Assembly: GCA_024679065.1 (NCBI GenBank)
Contig: JAGIQG010000013.1
Span: forward strand, 35,464,001-35,528,000
From: Sphyrna mokarran
Lineage: Eukaryota
Direction of reading: 5' to 3'
Length of the DNA stretch: 64,000 bases
Shown here: piece after piece, positions 26,701 to 41,700 of the stretch
Numbering within the stretch: position 1 is the stretch's first letter
Layout: the number at the start of each line of letters is the position of its first letter
Position numbers and translations under genes: made by a program
Notes under the pieces: generated by a model
What the model saw: only the letters and a program-made list of their open reading frames with translations
What the model was told of the DNA's origin: nothing
The model's database searches: none

Positions 26701-29700
26701 TCTCTGAACTACTTGGGCATTATTACTTCAGTGTTCTTGTCAAGTATCAGAACAGAAAACTTAGCTTCCTGTCTAGATATTAGCTGTCAACTTGGATCAC
26801 AGAGATAAGAAGATAATGTTCCATCACACTGTTCCCTAAACAACTCAGTGTGTTGTACATTGGATTTGAGCTAAGTGTCAAAGAAGAGAAAGAAAACATA
26901 GAAGCAAGTGTAGGCCATTCCCCCTCTCGAGGCTGCTCCATCATTCATTACGATCATGGCTGATCATCAAATTCAATATCTTGATCACACCTTCCTCCCC
27001 TTATCTCCAGATTCCTTTAGCCCCAAGAGCTATATCTAATTTTTTTTCTTAAAATTTCACAGTTTTAGTCTGTGATGATGAATTTCGCACATTTACCACT
27101 CTCTGGGTGAAGAAATTTCTCCTCACCTCCATTCTAAAAGGTTTACCCCTTATCCTCAAACTATGACTTTTAGTTCTGGACTCCATCCTATCGGGAACAT
27201 TCTTTCTGAATCTACCCTGTCCAACCCTATTAGAATTTTACAGGTTTCAATGAGATTCTCTCTCATCCTTTTGAACTCCAGTGAATATAATCCTAATCAA
27301 TTTAGCCTCTCAACATATGATGGACCTGCTACCCCAGGTATCAGCCTGGTAAACCTTCACTGTACTCCGTCTATAGTAAGGACACCTTTCTTCAGATAAG
27401 GACATCAAAACTGTACCCAATATTCAGGTGTAGTCTCACCAACACCTTATACAATTGCATCAAAATGTCTCTGTCCCTATACTCAAATCCTCTCGCTACA
27501 AAGGCCAGCATAGCATTTGCTTTCTTTATTGCCTGCTGTCCCTGCATGTTTATTTTCAGCAACTGATGCATCAGGACACCAAGATCTCAGCTGAGTATCC
27601 ACCTCTCTTAATTTACACCTTTTCAAGTAATAATCTATCTTCCTATTATTGCTACCATAGTGGGCTATCCTCATATTTATTCACATTATTCTGCATCTGC
27701 CTGCACACTGAGCCTGTCCAAATCACACGGAAACATCTCTGCATCCTTCTGACAGTTCCCACCCAACTTTGTATCATCTGAAAATTTGAAGATAATACAT
27801 CTAGTTCCATCTTACAAATCATTAACATAGAATGTGAATAGGTCCTAGCACAGATCCCTGTGGAACCCCTTTGGATCAGCAGGGTAAATATGTGGTATTA
27901 TGGGAATCAGGCCTGAGTGGGATTTTTGTCAGTGCAGACTCGATGGGCCTCCTCTGCACTGTGGAGATGCTATGATTCCATCTTACCTGGTGACTGGACT
28001 TGAAGAATTATTGACCCCGAGCGAGCATGTCCTTGTATAACCCATTCATTCTGGGGACTTGAGACCCATTCCTCTACGTTGCAAAAGTAAACACCGCTGT
28101 CACTTACTGCTGCCTTCTGTATTATCAAATTGTACATGTTATAGGAAGCCTTCACACTTTGGAATTTCATCTTTTTCTGAGAATTAGTAAGCAAGTCTCC
28201 ATAGTATTGGATGATATTATGTCGATCGGTTTTGAGGAGCGCTGTCTCCTTGGCCTTTGGATCCTCTTTGTGTTGAACATACCACGTAACTGAAAATTGT
28301 GATTGCGTCTGTGTCTGGTTGGTAATATGACATTCAAGTATAACAACATCATCTGCATTGCTTGATACAGTTACATTATTATCCTCGAGCTGTAGGTTTG
28401 CATCTGTAGAAGTGACACAAGACAAAAGAAAGATAATGGAGCTTTATTTGGAAGTGAGGAAGATTGCCATGCATGTTTGTGTTAGACTTGGGGAAAATGT
28501 ATACAAGAAGCTAGAATATTATTTTCTTCAGGGTTTAACAGTAAATTCTGCTTTGATCTAATTATCACATTACCATTGCTTCCCAAAAAGATGATAGCCA
28601 CCTGGACAATGCAATCAGTTTAGAGACTGTTGCTTTAGAAACTAAAAGCAGGAGAACATCATTTGGCCCTTTGAATTTTCTTCCCACCGGCCAAGTGATT
28701 TGGATACTAATGACAGGAAAATTGTTGTTTTTTTTTCACAATTAGGTAAGAACTCGCTCCAACTTCCACTAGACTAACTAGCTCATATTAAGGTGTTAGT
28801 CACAGTATTGATTCTAGAATTTCAATCTGTTGAATAAGCACACACGATTAACAGTACTGCTTATGTGGGGGAGAACCCCAACATATATGGGGCAAAAAAC
28901 GATGCTGAAGAGTTGAATAGCTTGCTGCAGGAGGTACTTAAAGAAGTGCAGACCTGTTTGGGGCTGAAAGCTATATTCCACTGAACTCAGAGTTGCCAGC
29001 TGCTGAGAAAGATATTTATTGGTTTCAGTTTGACTGTCCCATGACCACTGTCACCAAACAGGCAGCAGCAATTTCACAGCAATATCATCACTTGCAAGTT
29101 TCCCTTCCAGTCACGCACATTTCAAGTTGAACATATGCACATCCCTTTCTTGTCACTAGACTGCTGTTACAACTGTCATTTATTCTAGTCCTACACGAGG
29201 CAGGACAGTGGCACAGTGGTTACCACTAGTGCCTCACAGCGCCAGGGACCCAGGTTCAATTCCCGATGTGGATCACTGTCTGTGCAGAGTCTGCACGGGC
29301 TTCCTCTGGGTGCTCCGGTTTCCTCCTGCAGTCAAAAGTTGTGCGCATGAGGTGAATTGGCCATGCTAAATTGCCCCTTAGCGTCAAGGGACTAGCTAGG
29401 GTAAATGCATGGGATTATGAGATAGGGCCTGGGTGCGATTGGTCGGTGCAGACTTAATGGGCCGAATGGCTTCCTTCTGCACTGTAGGGATTCTATGGTC
29501 TTCTACAATTTGTATGAACTATTTAAGAAACATGTTTACCTGCTGGGTGCACCTGAAGAACTGTTATTGCCGATGTACTCTCTCCCACTTTATACCAGAT
29601 GTTGTTGGGATCCAAAAGCCACTCCTTTACGTGACAATAGTAACTTCCGCTGTCATTCACATCAGTTTTTTGTATAATCAGCTTGTATACATCATTGGAG

Positions 29701-32700
29701 GACTTCACATTCTGGAATTTCATTTTCTTCTGAGAATCAGTTAGCAATTCTCCATAGTACTGGATAACATCATTGCCATCGATACTTAGAAGATTTTCCC
29801 CTTTCACACGTGGTCCCTGTGTTTTACTGAACAGCCACGTCACTGAGAATCGAGAATCATTTTGAGTTCGAGCCAAAATTCTACATTCAAGTTCAGTGAT
29901 GTCTTCAATCCTTTTCTGTATCTTTGCAACTCGCTCGGTAAGTTTCAAAAGACTTGCTACACAAGTAGAAAAGATAGAATGTCAAAATAATTTCACGGTA
30001 TTCCTTCACAATATTTAGGTTCAAGGTGAAGTGTGACAAGAGATCAGCCAATACCTAGCTATTACTTGACTAGTATGAACTCACCTAATGATTTAAGGGA
30101 ACATTCGCTAGTGAGTATGCTGTACTGTTGAACTCATGGTATTAATGATGTTTTTATTGTAACTTTACACCTTAATTTTCATCCAGTTCTTTTATAATGG
30201 CGATCTTACATTGACATTGGGCAAGAGATTGAACCAATAAAATAACATATTAGACTAAAGGATATGAGATAAATACATGCAATCTAATTTTTCTATAGTT
30301 GGTTACATGTGAGTGAGCAGAAGTAATTGATTTGTGCTAATGATCAAAAGTTTTTTTTAAACTGACTTTCTTTTCAAACCTATTTATAACCAACTTTATT
30401 TCCTTGTGTTTAATTATAGTCAATTTATTTTGATTGCTGCAGATTCACATTTTCCTTTCCTCTTGTCAGATATTTTTCCTTCCCACAAAGGTGCTGACTC
30501 CTGCTGAAATATGACTCAACAGATGCCTGCGGCTTTTCAGTACCATGCTGAAGGCACCATTTTCTATGCGTGTTCCCAGCTGGTAAGTGTCTGCAGGCTA
30601 TTGAGGTGCTGACTGAGGACCCTGCAGCATGACATAGATACTGGGGGCAATTTTCCAAACCTGCTTGCCACAGATGCAAATCCATTATGGCAGTGGCAAC
30701 CAATATGATGGGAAGATCTCAGAATGAGATTCTTTCACCTTCCCCTCTTCCCAGGGAGGACATGAATCTGATTTCCTTAAATTTAAATATCTTATTAAAC
30801 AATACATAAAAAGCATTCTACCACAGCTTCCAGGTTCCCCATATGTTCCCCCTCCTCACCACCATGTGACTTCACACCAATAGGAATCACTACTTGTTTT
30901 CACAAATGGAAACCAGTCATGATGACCACACTGGGTGCTTGGAGGTGCGTATAGCCCCTGGGTGGGAAGGGAAATTATTGGGCACTGCCCCCTGGCACCA
31001 CTAACCTGCCAGTGCCAAGGGAGGGCCTTTGCAGATCTCCACTGGGGATTTCCCATTATATGGGGGTGGTGATGGTTGGGGCCAGAAGGGAAGAGATGCC
31101 CGCATTGTACTGCGGGAAGCGTAGTAGGATCTGATGCCCTGAGGCTGTGGGAGTGACCTTTTTAACTTCAATGCAAGATTGGGATACCCCATCTTGGTGC
31201 AGCTGGGATTGCCAGCGTCTTAAAGCCCTGCCCCTCAGGGATGATAGTGAAAACATGCCCCCTACTCTCAACTTTTTTTTTTTAAATGACAAAACACCAG
31301 AAGATCTGGAGTGAAAACTTGTCCCTCTCTCTGGGGAGAAACACACCAGTTTTCAGGCACTTTGCCATTTTTTGGAAAAATTCTGCGCACCATCTTTCTC
31401 CGACGTCAACACAGTTTTCCAGTAAGGGTCACCGCAGATACCCCAGCACCGTTTTTCCCCTTTCCCAAACCAGAGTCATCGAGCTCATTTTCTTTTCCCA
31501 CACAAAGCTATAATTGGAAGTGGCACCTTTTGGTTTAACTTCTCTCCTGCTTTTACTAACCGGAGTCATTATCTCAATTTCCTTCTTTTTTAGAAGGCAA
31601 GTTAATATCTCCCATGTTGCACACAGCAGCCTGTCTGTTCACTTTAATTCATCTTCAATCCAAAAATACAGCAAAAATTAACCTACAACCTTACCTGGGG
31701 GCCTAATTTTCACTTCCAGGATGTTTGATGTTGCACTGGCTTTCCTGACCCACTGGTTTGAATGATGCCTTCCCCATAACTCTGCGAGACATAGAAACTT
31801 CCCAGCTTCCAGCTTGCTGGCTCGAGAGACACTCAGCCGGACAGTATTGGTCACGGTTTTCACTACAATCATTTTTCCTTTGAAGTTCTCCGCCATGTCC
31901 CCCCACTTAATCGCAGTGTCATGGGTGAAAGTAACTAGGTGGTAGCTGTCATTGGAATTTGCTGGTTGAAATTTCCAGGATACAGATGCTGGCACATGGG
32001 TAAGACTTCTAGGCCCAATGATACAATGAAGTTCAAATGTACCATAGTAATTCACGGTTGGTGTCCGAGTTATTGCTGTGACTGCAAAGTTACTGTCTAC
32101 AAATATGAAAAAGAAAAATGAATCGATACTAGCAACTCTCCTGAAGCCCTTTTAACCAATTCAAAAGCTTTTTTTTTACTACACACAGACCACTGTTTCC
32201 ATCCTGGATATGCACCTTGTCTGAGAACACAGGGGCCCTTTTGGGAATTCAAAAACTTTCCTTTGCTGAGCTAGGAAAAGCAGGAACGCTCCTCCCGGTT
32301 CTCCAGGAAATTCTACAGCCTCCCCTTTCTCCTGGATCCAACATCCCTTCCCTCTCTCTGGCACACAGTTAAAAGTGCACAGCGGTGGTGGTGGCAAGAC
32401 CTCCCTCCCAAAGAGGCCCCAAACTCCATCAGGCCCTATCTTGGCACTGTCCCATGCCCAGTAGGGAGTGGATAAGTGCCCCATAAATATTGGTACTTTG
32501 CCATTTGGGCAGTGCCAAGGGCCCAAATGCCCTACCCTCTGCAGGACCTTGATTGCCCTCCCTTCACTCCAGCAGGGTCAGGACGCCAGCTCCCTGCAAG
32601 TGGGGAGCTTTATTAAACCCTGTTGGAGTGAAATACTTCTGGTAGTGGGGGAGAGGCTTGTGGACCCGAGCCTGCTAGTGATATTTAAAGAATATTTACA

Positions 32701-35700
32701 TTAGAGTTTGAATATATTAAGCAGCTCCACTCCGATTTTTGGTGCAGAGCTGATGGTGCCGGAAATCTAGCACTGGGAGACGCGCAGAGCCTGTGGCATC
32801 CAGTGGGATGCCTGCAAAATAGCCTCTGCTACAGCCCTCCGCACTAACAGCCTGCTGTGCTGGATGGAAGAAATCGCCCCCATGTTCTCTACAAAGCAAT
32901 AAAGAGGCTCAGTAATCAAAGGTTCCTGCACTTACACATCCTAGAATGGCAAGATGCTTCATGATTCCCCCACTGGGTAGATTTCCTCTCTTAGTCACCC
33001 ACAGCACAAAAGGCCACCCGTGGTTTCTGGGCATTTTTTTTTTTTAAACTGACGTGTGGGAAAATGAGAGACGCAATCACGCCTCCCAAAGATTTTCATG
33101 CACTACTTCAGCAGTTAGTCATAATCCACCTACCCATTCAATCCATTGAGAATGATGCAAAGGACAAAATGACCCAGTAGAGAGTTTATTTTTATGAGAA
33201 ATTTCTTAACGGAAAAGCAAGCAAAAAATGGGTTCATTTTCTGCCCGTAATCCACTTTAAGTTGAAAATGCACCAAAATCACTGAAGCGAATGAAAGATT
33301 CACTTGTATCTGTGAATGAGAACCATCCTGTTAAAAATGCAATTTATGTCCAATCAAGAACCCTGAAATTGCTTAAATCGAGGTTTTGTAGATATTCAAC
33401 ACTGAATTGCTTACCAAGGGATTTGACAGTCACTGCCTTATTGTCACTGACATATTCTCCAATTAGCCGCCAGTTTCCATTAGATTCTGCTTCCCATTCC
33501 ATCACTTTGCAAGCGTACATTCCTTGATCTGAAGTCAGGACATTATAAATATCCAACGTGAAGGAATCTGACTTCACTCTTGCCATTCTTACATCACTGT
33601 TAATGACACGCTCCTGGTAAGGTGGATAAGTGGCCTGGATACCATCTCGGTCCATTCCAACGATATCACTATTTTGATTCTGTTCACCTATAAACTGCCA
33701 GGTAATAGAAAGCTGACCATAGCCTGCAGTTTCGGAATGAATATCGCAAGAAAACTGAAGATAATCACCTTCCAAGACTTCAGCACTATTACTGTTGATT
33801 AGCATTTTAAGGTTGGCTTCTGTGAAATGACAAAAAATTACTATAATGTGAGAAATATATGGAGGCCTTGAATGTTTGGCAGAACCAAAGTTCTGTGTTT
33901 AATCAAGCATGCTACTAACATAATAACAAAGGTTTGTGAATATCAGCAGAGCAATAGCAACTTCCATTTCTATAATATATTTAACGCAGCAAAAGGAGTA
34001 TCTCGAAAGAACAAAGAACAAAACAGCACGGGAAACAGGCCCTTCAGCCCAACGAGCCCGCACCGCCACCCCGATGTTCCCACCTCTACCCGCGATCCCT
34101 GTCCATGTTTATGGATCTATGGACTAAAAACCAAATTTGAGACAATTTAGGGAGAATTTGTTTTGCCAATTAGCCTAAGAGCACATCTTTGGGATGTGGG
34201 AGGAAACCGGAGCTCCCAGAGAAAACCCATGCAACCATGGGGAAAATGCGCAAACTCTCACAGACACAGGCCCAAATCCATGTATCTGCACAGCACAGCG
34301 ATAGTCACTGAGCTGTCGTGTTGCCCATCAGATGGTCCAGGTCAAGCATACACTAATAACGTGAAGCACTAGGATACTCTCGAAAAAGATCCAAGAGCAG
34401 CCCTCTCACGACCCATCACTTGTATGCTCCTCGTTAGACAACAAGGTGGACCAAAGCACCTGTAGGATAAAAACAAGTACATCTATATCATCATCTATTT
34501 ACACACTTCCCAGGGACTCCCAAGGCTCATGATCCCTATTTTAAATCAGTTTTCTATACCCCTCCATTCCCATTCTGTTCATGTGCCCATCTAAGTATTT
34601 CTTAAATAACTCCAGAGTACCTGCCTCCACCACTTTACTTGGCAGCGCATTCCATACCCCCACCACCCTCTGTGTGAAAAAACTCCCTCTAGCATCCAAA
34701 TTATACCTTACCCCCCTCACCCTAAGCCCGTGACCCCTCGTGCTTAGGTAGAAAGGTTGGTAGAGGAAATTCCAGAGCTAGCTGAAAGCAAGGCTTCAAT
34801 GATGGAGCAACTAAATCAGGAATTCACACCAGGCTTGAATTGGACAAGCACAGGGATCTCAGAGGTTTGTTAGGCTGGAAAGGTTACACAGAGAAGGAAG
34901 GGACAAGACTATGGGAATCATAACATCCTGGCTCTTCAGCACTAGATTTGGGGGATATCCGAAAGACGTACTGGGGATTCCCTCTCCGAAGTTCCAGGTT
35001 TACCCAGCAATTGTCCAGAAGTGCTAACTTTCCCTGGCCAATTTTAGCTGGGTTGGGAATTTCAGAAGACCCTGTCACTGTTACACTAATAGTCCAAAAG
35101 AGTTAGAAGAAATAGAAGCACTTCTAACTTCAGTGTAACAGAAGACCCAGACCAGTCCCACATGGGACTCGCCCCACTTTCCACAGGGGATTCCCCCACA
35201 GTATTCCTCATCCTGACTTCCCTCATCAACCCAGAATCCCTACTGTGCCCTGACCGGAACCCCGACCCATTTCTACCGCCCTCCCCACTAACAGCTCCTT
35301 GCCCCCACCCACCTGACCTGACCCGTCCCCAGCCCAATCCAACCCAGCTGGATAACTCTCTTCCACTCCCAGACCTGGCTGTCTGACCCAAATCTCCCCA
35401 ATATCCTGACCCAGCTAGACACCCCCACTACCTGACCTGACCATTCCCTCAATCTGACCCAAACCAGCTGGACCGCACCACCACCCCCACGCCCCACTAC
35501 CTGACCTGACCTAAACCAACTGGAGCCAGAAAGATTGGACAAGACAGATACTAAGATATCTAGCAGAGATGAGTGGGTATGGAGTGGCTGATTGCTATTC
35601 TGAGGAAGATATGGCTCATGGAGTAATTTAAATCAAGGTTCGATTTTTAAAATTGCAGTGTTGTCAATTATTCAGCCAAGTGTAGGATGATGGGTGAATG

Positions 35701-38700
35701 ACGTATTATCATAGAGCTGTTCCAGTGCAGAAGGTGGACATTCAATGTTTCATGTCCGTGCCAGCTCTCTGAGTCCCACATCATCATCATCCTTTCCATT
35801 ATGGGCTATGTTGTTTTAAATCCCTTTTGAAAGCCATGGTTGAATTGTACACTGCCTAGATCCTAACCACTTTCCATGTTAAGGTTGCTGCCACTACAAT
35901 GTGCCCTGCCTCTTAACCCTTCCACCAATGGGAAGAGCAGCACCCTGTACCTACTTTATCTAGACACCTGGTGATTGAAAATCCAGCCAATTGCCAATGT
36001 ACATTAGGATAGGAATTGGCCATGGGCAGCAACAGAAGTACTGGTAAATCTTTCAGTTTGCCTGCTCTCCTTTCCTACTGGCTTTAATGGACAATAAAAA
36101 TCAGGCCAAATGTAAACCTGGTTGCCATTTGTTTCTCTGCCCAAGATAAATATTTATTCTATTATGTCTGAGATTTCCACAGTTCATGCAGGAGCTGACC
36201 AGATAACCTGTCAGAACCAAAATACAAAACTGCTCCTAATATCTTAATCACTATCAAGGGCACAGTGGTTAGCACTGCTGCCTCACAGTGCCAGGGAATG
36301 GATTCGATTCCTGGCTTGAGTCTGCACATTCTCCCAGTGTCTGCGCAGGTTTCTTCTGGGTACCCTGGTTTCCTCCCAAGGTCCAAAAGATATGCTGGGT
36401 AGGCACATTGGCCACGCTAAATTCTCCCTCAGTGTACCCGAACAGGCACCGGAATGTGGCAACTAGGGGATTTTCACAGTAACTTCAATGCAGCGTTAAC
36501 ATAAGCCTACTTGTGACACTAATAAGAACAAACTTTAAAAGAACAAAGTCAATTTGAACGTTTCTTACGTGGGCGCTGAACAGTGACCGTCACCTCCTTG
36601 GATTCGTTGGTAGAGAATGCTCCGGATGAAATTTTCACACTCTCGCCCACTTGACAGTGATATGTACCGTCATCCTCCACTTGAACCTGGTACATTTTCA
36701 GCACATAGTCTCTCTCGGTTTTCTTACTGATCGTGATCTTTCCTTGGCTCTCTCTCATTTTATATTCGCTGTGAAAGACTGGTACTGCATTTGGTCCAAT
36801 GCGAACTATCTCATTTCCGTTCAAGAACCAGGCAACAGAGAAGAAGCGTTCCACAAAATTCTGAGCTTCAACTGTGCAGCTTATTTCCAGTGATCCTCCA
36901 ACAGTAACGTTGACTGCAGTGGTCTTAATCAGCGCAAAAAACACATTACCTGCAGTGAAACAAAATGAATATTATTACTGTGCCAGTCAGTATATGGGAT
37001 TAAATCAAATGCCAAGTGAGAAAATTTGCTAAAGTGTTAGCCTGACGGAAGACCACTATTTCAATACCAATTACTATGTAGCGTAGAAAAAACAGGGCAG
37101 TGCACAAATTAAGTAGAAATATGGCCTGTCCTGCAATGGAATGGCTCCTGCTCTGCCCAAGACTGCAAGAAACTATAAAGGGTCGTGAACGAAGCCCAAT
37201 CCATCACGCAAACACTGTCTACACTTCCTGCTGCCTCGGAGAAACAGCCAACATAATTAAGGACCGTGAGCACCCCGGACATTTTCTCTTTTACCTTCTT
37301 TCATCAGGAAAAAAATACAAAAGTCTGAGGTCATGTTCCAACCAACTCAAGAACAGCTTCTTCCCTGCTGCCATCAGACTTTTGAATGAATCTATGTTGC
37401 ACTAAATTAATCTTTCTCCACACCCTAGCTATGACTGCAACCTTACATTTTCCATTCTTTCCTTTCCTTCTATATGAACAGTATGCTTTGTCTGTTTAGC
37501 ACGCAAGAAGCAATACTTTTCACTGTATGTTAATACATGTGACAATATTAAATCAAATCAGTTTTCTTTAATGAAGAAAATGTACTAAAGTTGGCATAGC
37601 GGCACAGTGATTAGCACTGCTTCCTCACAGTATTAAGGACTTCGGTTTGATGCTGGCTTGGATCACTGTCTGTGTGGAGTTTGCACATTCTTTCCATGTT
37701 TGTGTGTGTTTCCTCCGGGTGGTCCGGTTTCCTCCCTCAGCCTGAAAGATGTGCTGGTTAGGTGTATTGACCATGCTAAATTTTCCCTCAGTGTACCCGA
37801 ACAGGCGCCAAAATGTTGGGACTAGGAGAATTTCACAATAACTTCATTGCAATGTGGATATGCTTACTTCTGACTAATAAATAAACTTATAAACTAAAGT
37901 CCTGATGACCCAATGAGGTGCTCCTTACTCACTTTGCTTCCTGTCTGAAACACAAGCTACGAAACTGCAAAGTTGCTGGTCCATTACTAAACTATAATGA
38001 ATTCAAATCGTATTTCCTACTTGACTAGAGGTCCCGAGAGCACAGAGCAGCATACTGTCATGACTGAAGGAGGAGAGTGGAATGTGGATGGAGATTAATG
38101 GAACAAAATGGGATGGAAGCAAATGGATGTAAAACTCAAACATTAGAAATTTCTGTCACACCTCCTTATCAAAATTCAGAGACTGTCACTAGCTGGGTAT
38201 TGGCAGTTTTCCAAAGCAAGTCAACAAGTCTAATTAGTACACTTGCCTTTAAGTGGTGTACTCTGGATCATAAAGGTTACTTTTAAATTGTAACACACTC
38301 TCTCTGGTGCAAACTGGAGAGGGCCATTGAAGCTGAAATTGATCACATCAGCAATTGAAGTCTGCTGAAGGTTAAGAGTGGTGATTCACTCTGTGCATTA
38401 ACATAATACTGCTGCTCATCAAAAGGTCAGTGATTCAAACTTCAACAAAAGAGCTTCAGTTTATGTATCTCAGATTGTTTTCACTATAATTAACCTGTCT
38501 GGTGCATTACTATCTGTTATGATCTCCTGTCACCACCATTATTTGTCAGAGTCGTCCCAAACCATTCAATACTTGTCATGCAAAGTTTAACTGAGACCGG
38601 GGTAAAATAGGAAAGTTTAAAAATCTAACTGTTTATGGTATCTGTAATTTGTCCCCAAAAGATCACACAATATAACTGCATACATGCAAATTCTTATTTA

Positions 38701-41700
38701 TAACCTTTTGTGTGCTGCATTTGAATAATGAGAAGCTAAACTTTGATTTGGTTCAATTGAATTGTGGAATCTGAATGTGCTAAGCTCTTTGACCTCATTC
38801 AGTGTTTCATTCCAAATAAAAGGTTCTGTTTGATCCATTTGCCAATGCCTAGGGCCCAATGTCTACAGTTGTCAATTGGTTCAATCTGAAAAGTAGGTGC
38901 CTGTTGGATGGAACTTGTAGAAAGTGTATATATTGCTATAATCTGTACAGAGGAAGTGTTAAGTCGCGTGGGAGTTCTCACCACTGTGCTACAGACATGA
39001 TGTGAGAAAGCTGCTGAAGATTTTATAGTAAAGTATACAAGCTGTAGTCTGCTGAGAGAGGGTCTGCCCTTGCCAGCACAGAGAATGGTCACCAAATGCA
39101 CCAGAATCACGATCTCTGTTTCCAAGGCCCTGTTACCCAAATTGGAAACAAATGTGAGGGAAGCCTCATGAAATGTTGACAAAGAGCAGAAAGATACTAT
39201 CAGTCTAACACCCACAGATTCTGCACTCTGGAGTGAGGCCAGACAGTCAGAATGCAAACCACATGCAGCTATGACGAATTGGCAGCAGTCCACAATGAAG
39301 GCCTCCAACCAAACAGTTACATGGATGCCTCAGATGGTCCTCTGTATTCCAGGCACCGGTAGTACCATACCAGCACCGCCAACTGTCACAGAGGTTGAGA
39401 CACAATCTGCATCCTCTGCACTAGTGGAGACAGAGCCCCTTCCTACTTCTACCACTGTGCATACCTCAGGCAAGCCTGCTGCCTTCTGGACAATAACCTG
39501 GGTGTATCCCAAAGTGGTGTAATTATACGCTTGAGAAGCTGAGCAGACCAAACCTAAGCTTAAAGACTTTGTACTGATTTAAGTGTATGTACGTGCTGTT
39601 TTCTTCCATGAGGTGGGACACACTTGGGCTTTGCACCAGGTTTTGTGGTCTAAGCTCATGTTCCATGCAATTTAAATATTCAGTAATTTGTTACTGTATT
39701 CAACACTGATCTTTCTATGCAGGTATGGATTGTCCCCACTAAATGGGGAAGATGTATAATGTGTCTTCATATATGTATTGCCATGGCTATACACAGGAAG
39801 TGTTTGTAGCATGAGAGTTCTCACTAGTGTGGCTCCAGACATGGTGTGTAAGAGCTGCTGAAGATCTTATGGCGAACCATTTATGTTGTTGTTCATTGTT
39901 ATCATTCCTATACAACGCAGCAACTTTACAGAACTGATTGAAATGTGGGACTGCAGAACTGCTATGGAGATTCTGCAGTATTAAGATCAGTGAAGCTCTT
40001 TCCCAAGACTACCTGTAATTTATCCCAGTGCCTTTCAAACTGGATTAAATAATCCATTCAACGCTGAAATGCCATGCTTTTCTGACTACAGTCTGAACAT
40101 CCATGGGAGAAGCATCCCTATCCATAGATGTGGAGTTTCATGGTAGATCTTTCTGGGGGAAAAAAAATCCACTGGACCGTAGCAAAAGCCTCAAAGATTT
40201 AACAAACAGGTTTACTGAACAGTAATGACACACTGCTCCTTGTTACCATTCTGAGTGTTAATTTCTACGCAATGCTTGATTTTATCTGTTCATGGAGTGT
40301 CTCCCTGTCATCTCCTGACACCTTCAAATGGATCACACAAAACCAGTTCAAAAATAGCTTTTAGAAATATGGCTGGACTATCTCAAATGCAGCAAAAGGT
40401 TGCCAATCAACCAAAATGTAGATAAATAAATCCAAAGGATGTTTGTATTTTGGGGTGGCATGATGGCACAATGATTATCCCTGCTGCCTCATAGCACCAG
40501 AGACCCTGGTTCAATTCCCTGCTTGGGTCACTGTCTGCGTGGGATTTGCATGTTCTCCATGTGTCTGCGTGGATTTCCTTCAGGTGCTCCAGTTTCTTCC
40601 CACATTCTGAAAGACTTGCTGGTTAGGTGCATTGACCCGAACAGGTGCCAGAATGTGGCGACTAAGGGAATTTCCCAGTAACTTCATTGCAGTGACAATG
40701 TAAGTCATACTTGGTGACTAATAAATAAACTTTAACTTAATTGAATTGAACGCCTTTTCTTTGCTGTTAGTCAAAAGATGCAGAATAGGCAGGTGGATTT
40801 TTCAGATTGGGTGGAATCCTGCAGAAGGAATTACCCATAGCCTGTGCTGATTCCTGGTTTTCTCTGAAATTTATTTAAATAATTTATTTAAATAATTCAG
40901 AGAAATTTCCAGTGGATTTCCAACTGCATCAGGGGTTCAGCCTCCAAGCCCAGTGAGGAAAGCCCTACTTTCCTTTGAGGGGCCGAAGAAAAAATAAACT
41001 TGTTTTCCCTTCTTTCCCCCTCTCATTTTTACAGTTGCTAGGCACAGGATTACCCAGACCTCTCAGGAGAATTTCAATCTCCCACCCCTCTCCATTACTC
41101 ATGCAACCATCTTGCTTTATTTATTTTGTTAATGACAAAAAAAAACTTTTACCACAATTAACAAGCTCTTTGAATAGGCAAAGCCATGGAGGCGGCACGC
41201 TGGCACGGTGGACAGCACTGCTGCCTCACAGTTCTAGGGACCCGGGTTCAATTCCAGCCTCAGGTCATTTTCTGTGTACATTCTCCCCATGTCTGCGTGA
41301 GTTTCCTCCGGGTGCTCTGGTTTCCTCCCACAATCTAAAGATATGCAGGTTATATGGATTGGCCATGATAAATTGCCTCTTAGTGTCTGGGGAATTAACA
41401 TTAACATGGTGTCACAGGGATAGGGTCTGGGTGAGATTGTTGTCAGTGCAGGCTCAATGGGCCGAATGGCCTCCTTCTGCACTGTAAGGATTCTATGTTT
41501 GAATGGACATATTCAGTATCTGCTGGTTAATCATATTGGTAATAGGAGCAGAGCACAGGGAGATGGGAGAATAATTCACAACCGGAATTTACATCCTCCC
41601 TACCTGTCCCTGAGGCACCCAAACTGAAAGATCAGCTTACATTTTAAAAAGTATCCAGATTGTGAGTGTCAAAACGAACTGCAACATTGCAATGATAGAC

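Noticed and set aside
30712-32882. GC-richer blocks that may be non-autonomous DNA transposons (also about 12190-12770 and 43020-43560)
   Set aside because: Terminal inverted repeats and TSDs could not be defined with confidence.
27880-36540. SINE tails within 45 bp of the donors of exons 4, 7 and 8
   Set aside because: Offsets and subfamilies differ, and SINE density is high enough for coincidence; not evidence of a shared duplication.
38799-39551. Overlapping 70-170 aa ORFs
   Set aside because: No domain signature or splice pattern; likely decayed repeat sequence.
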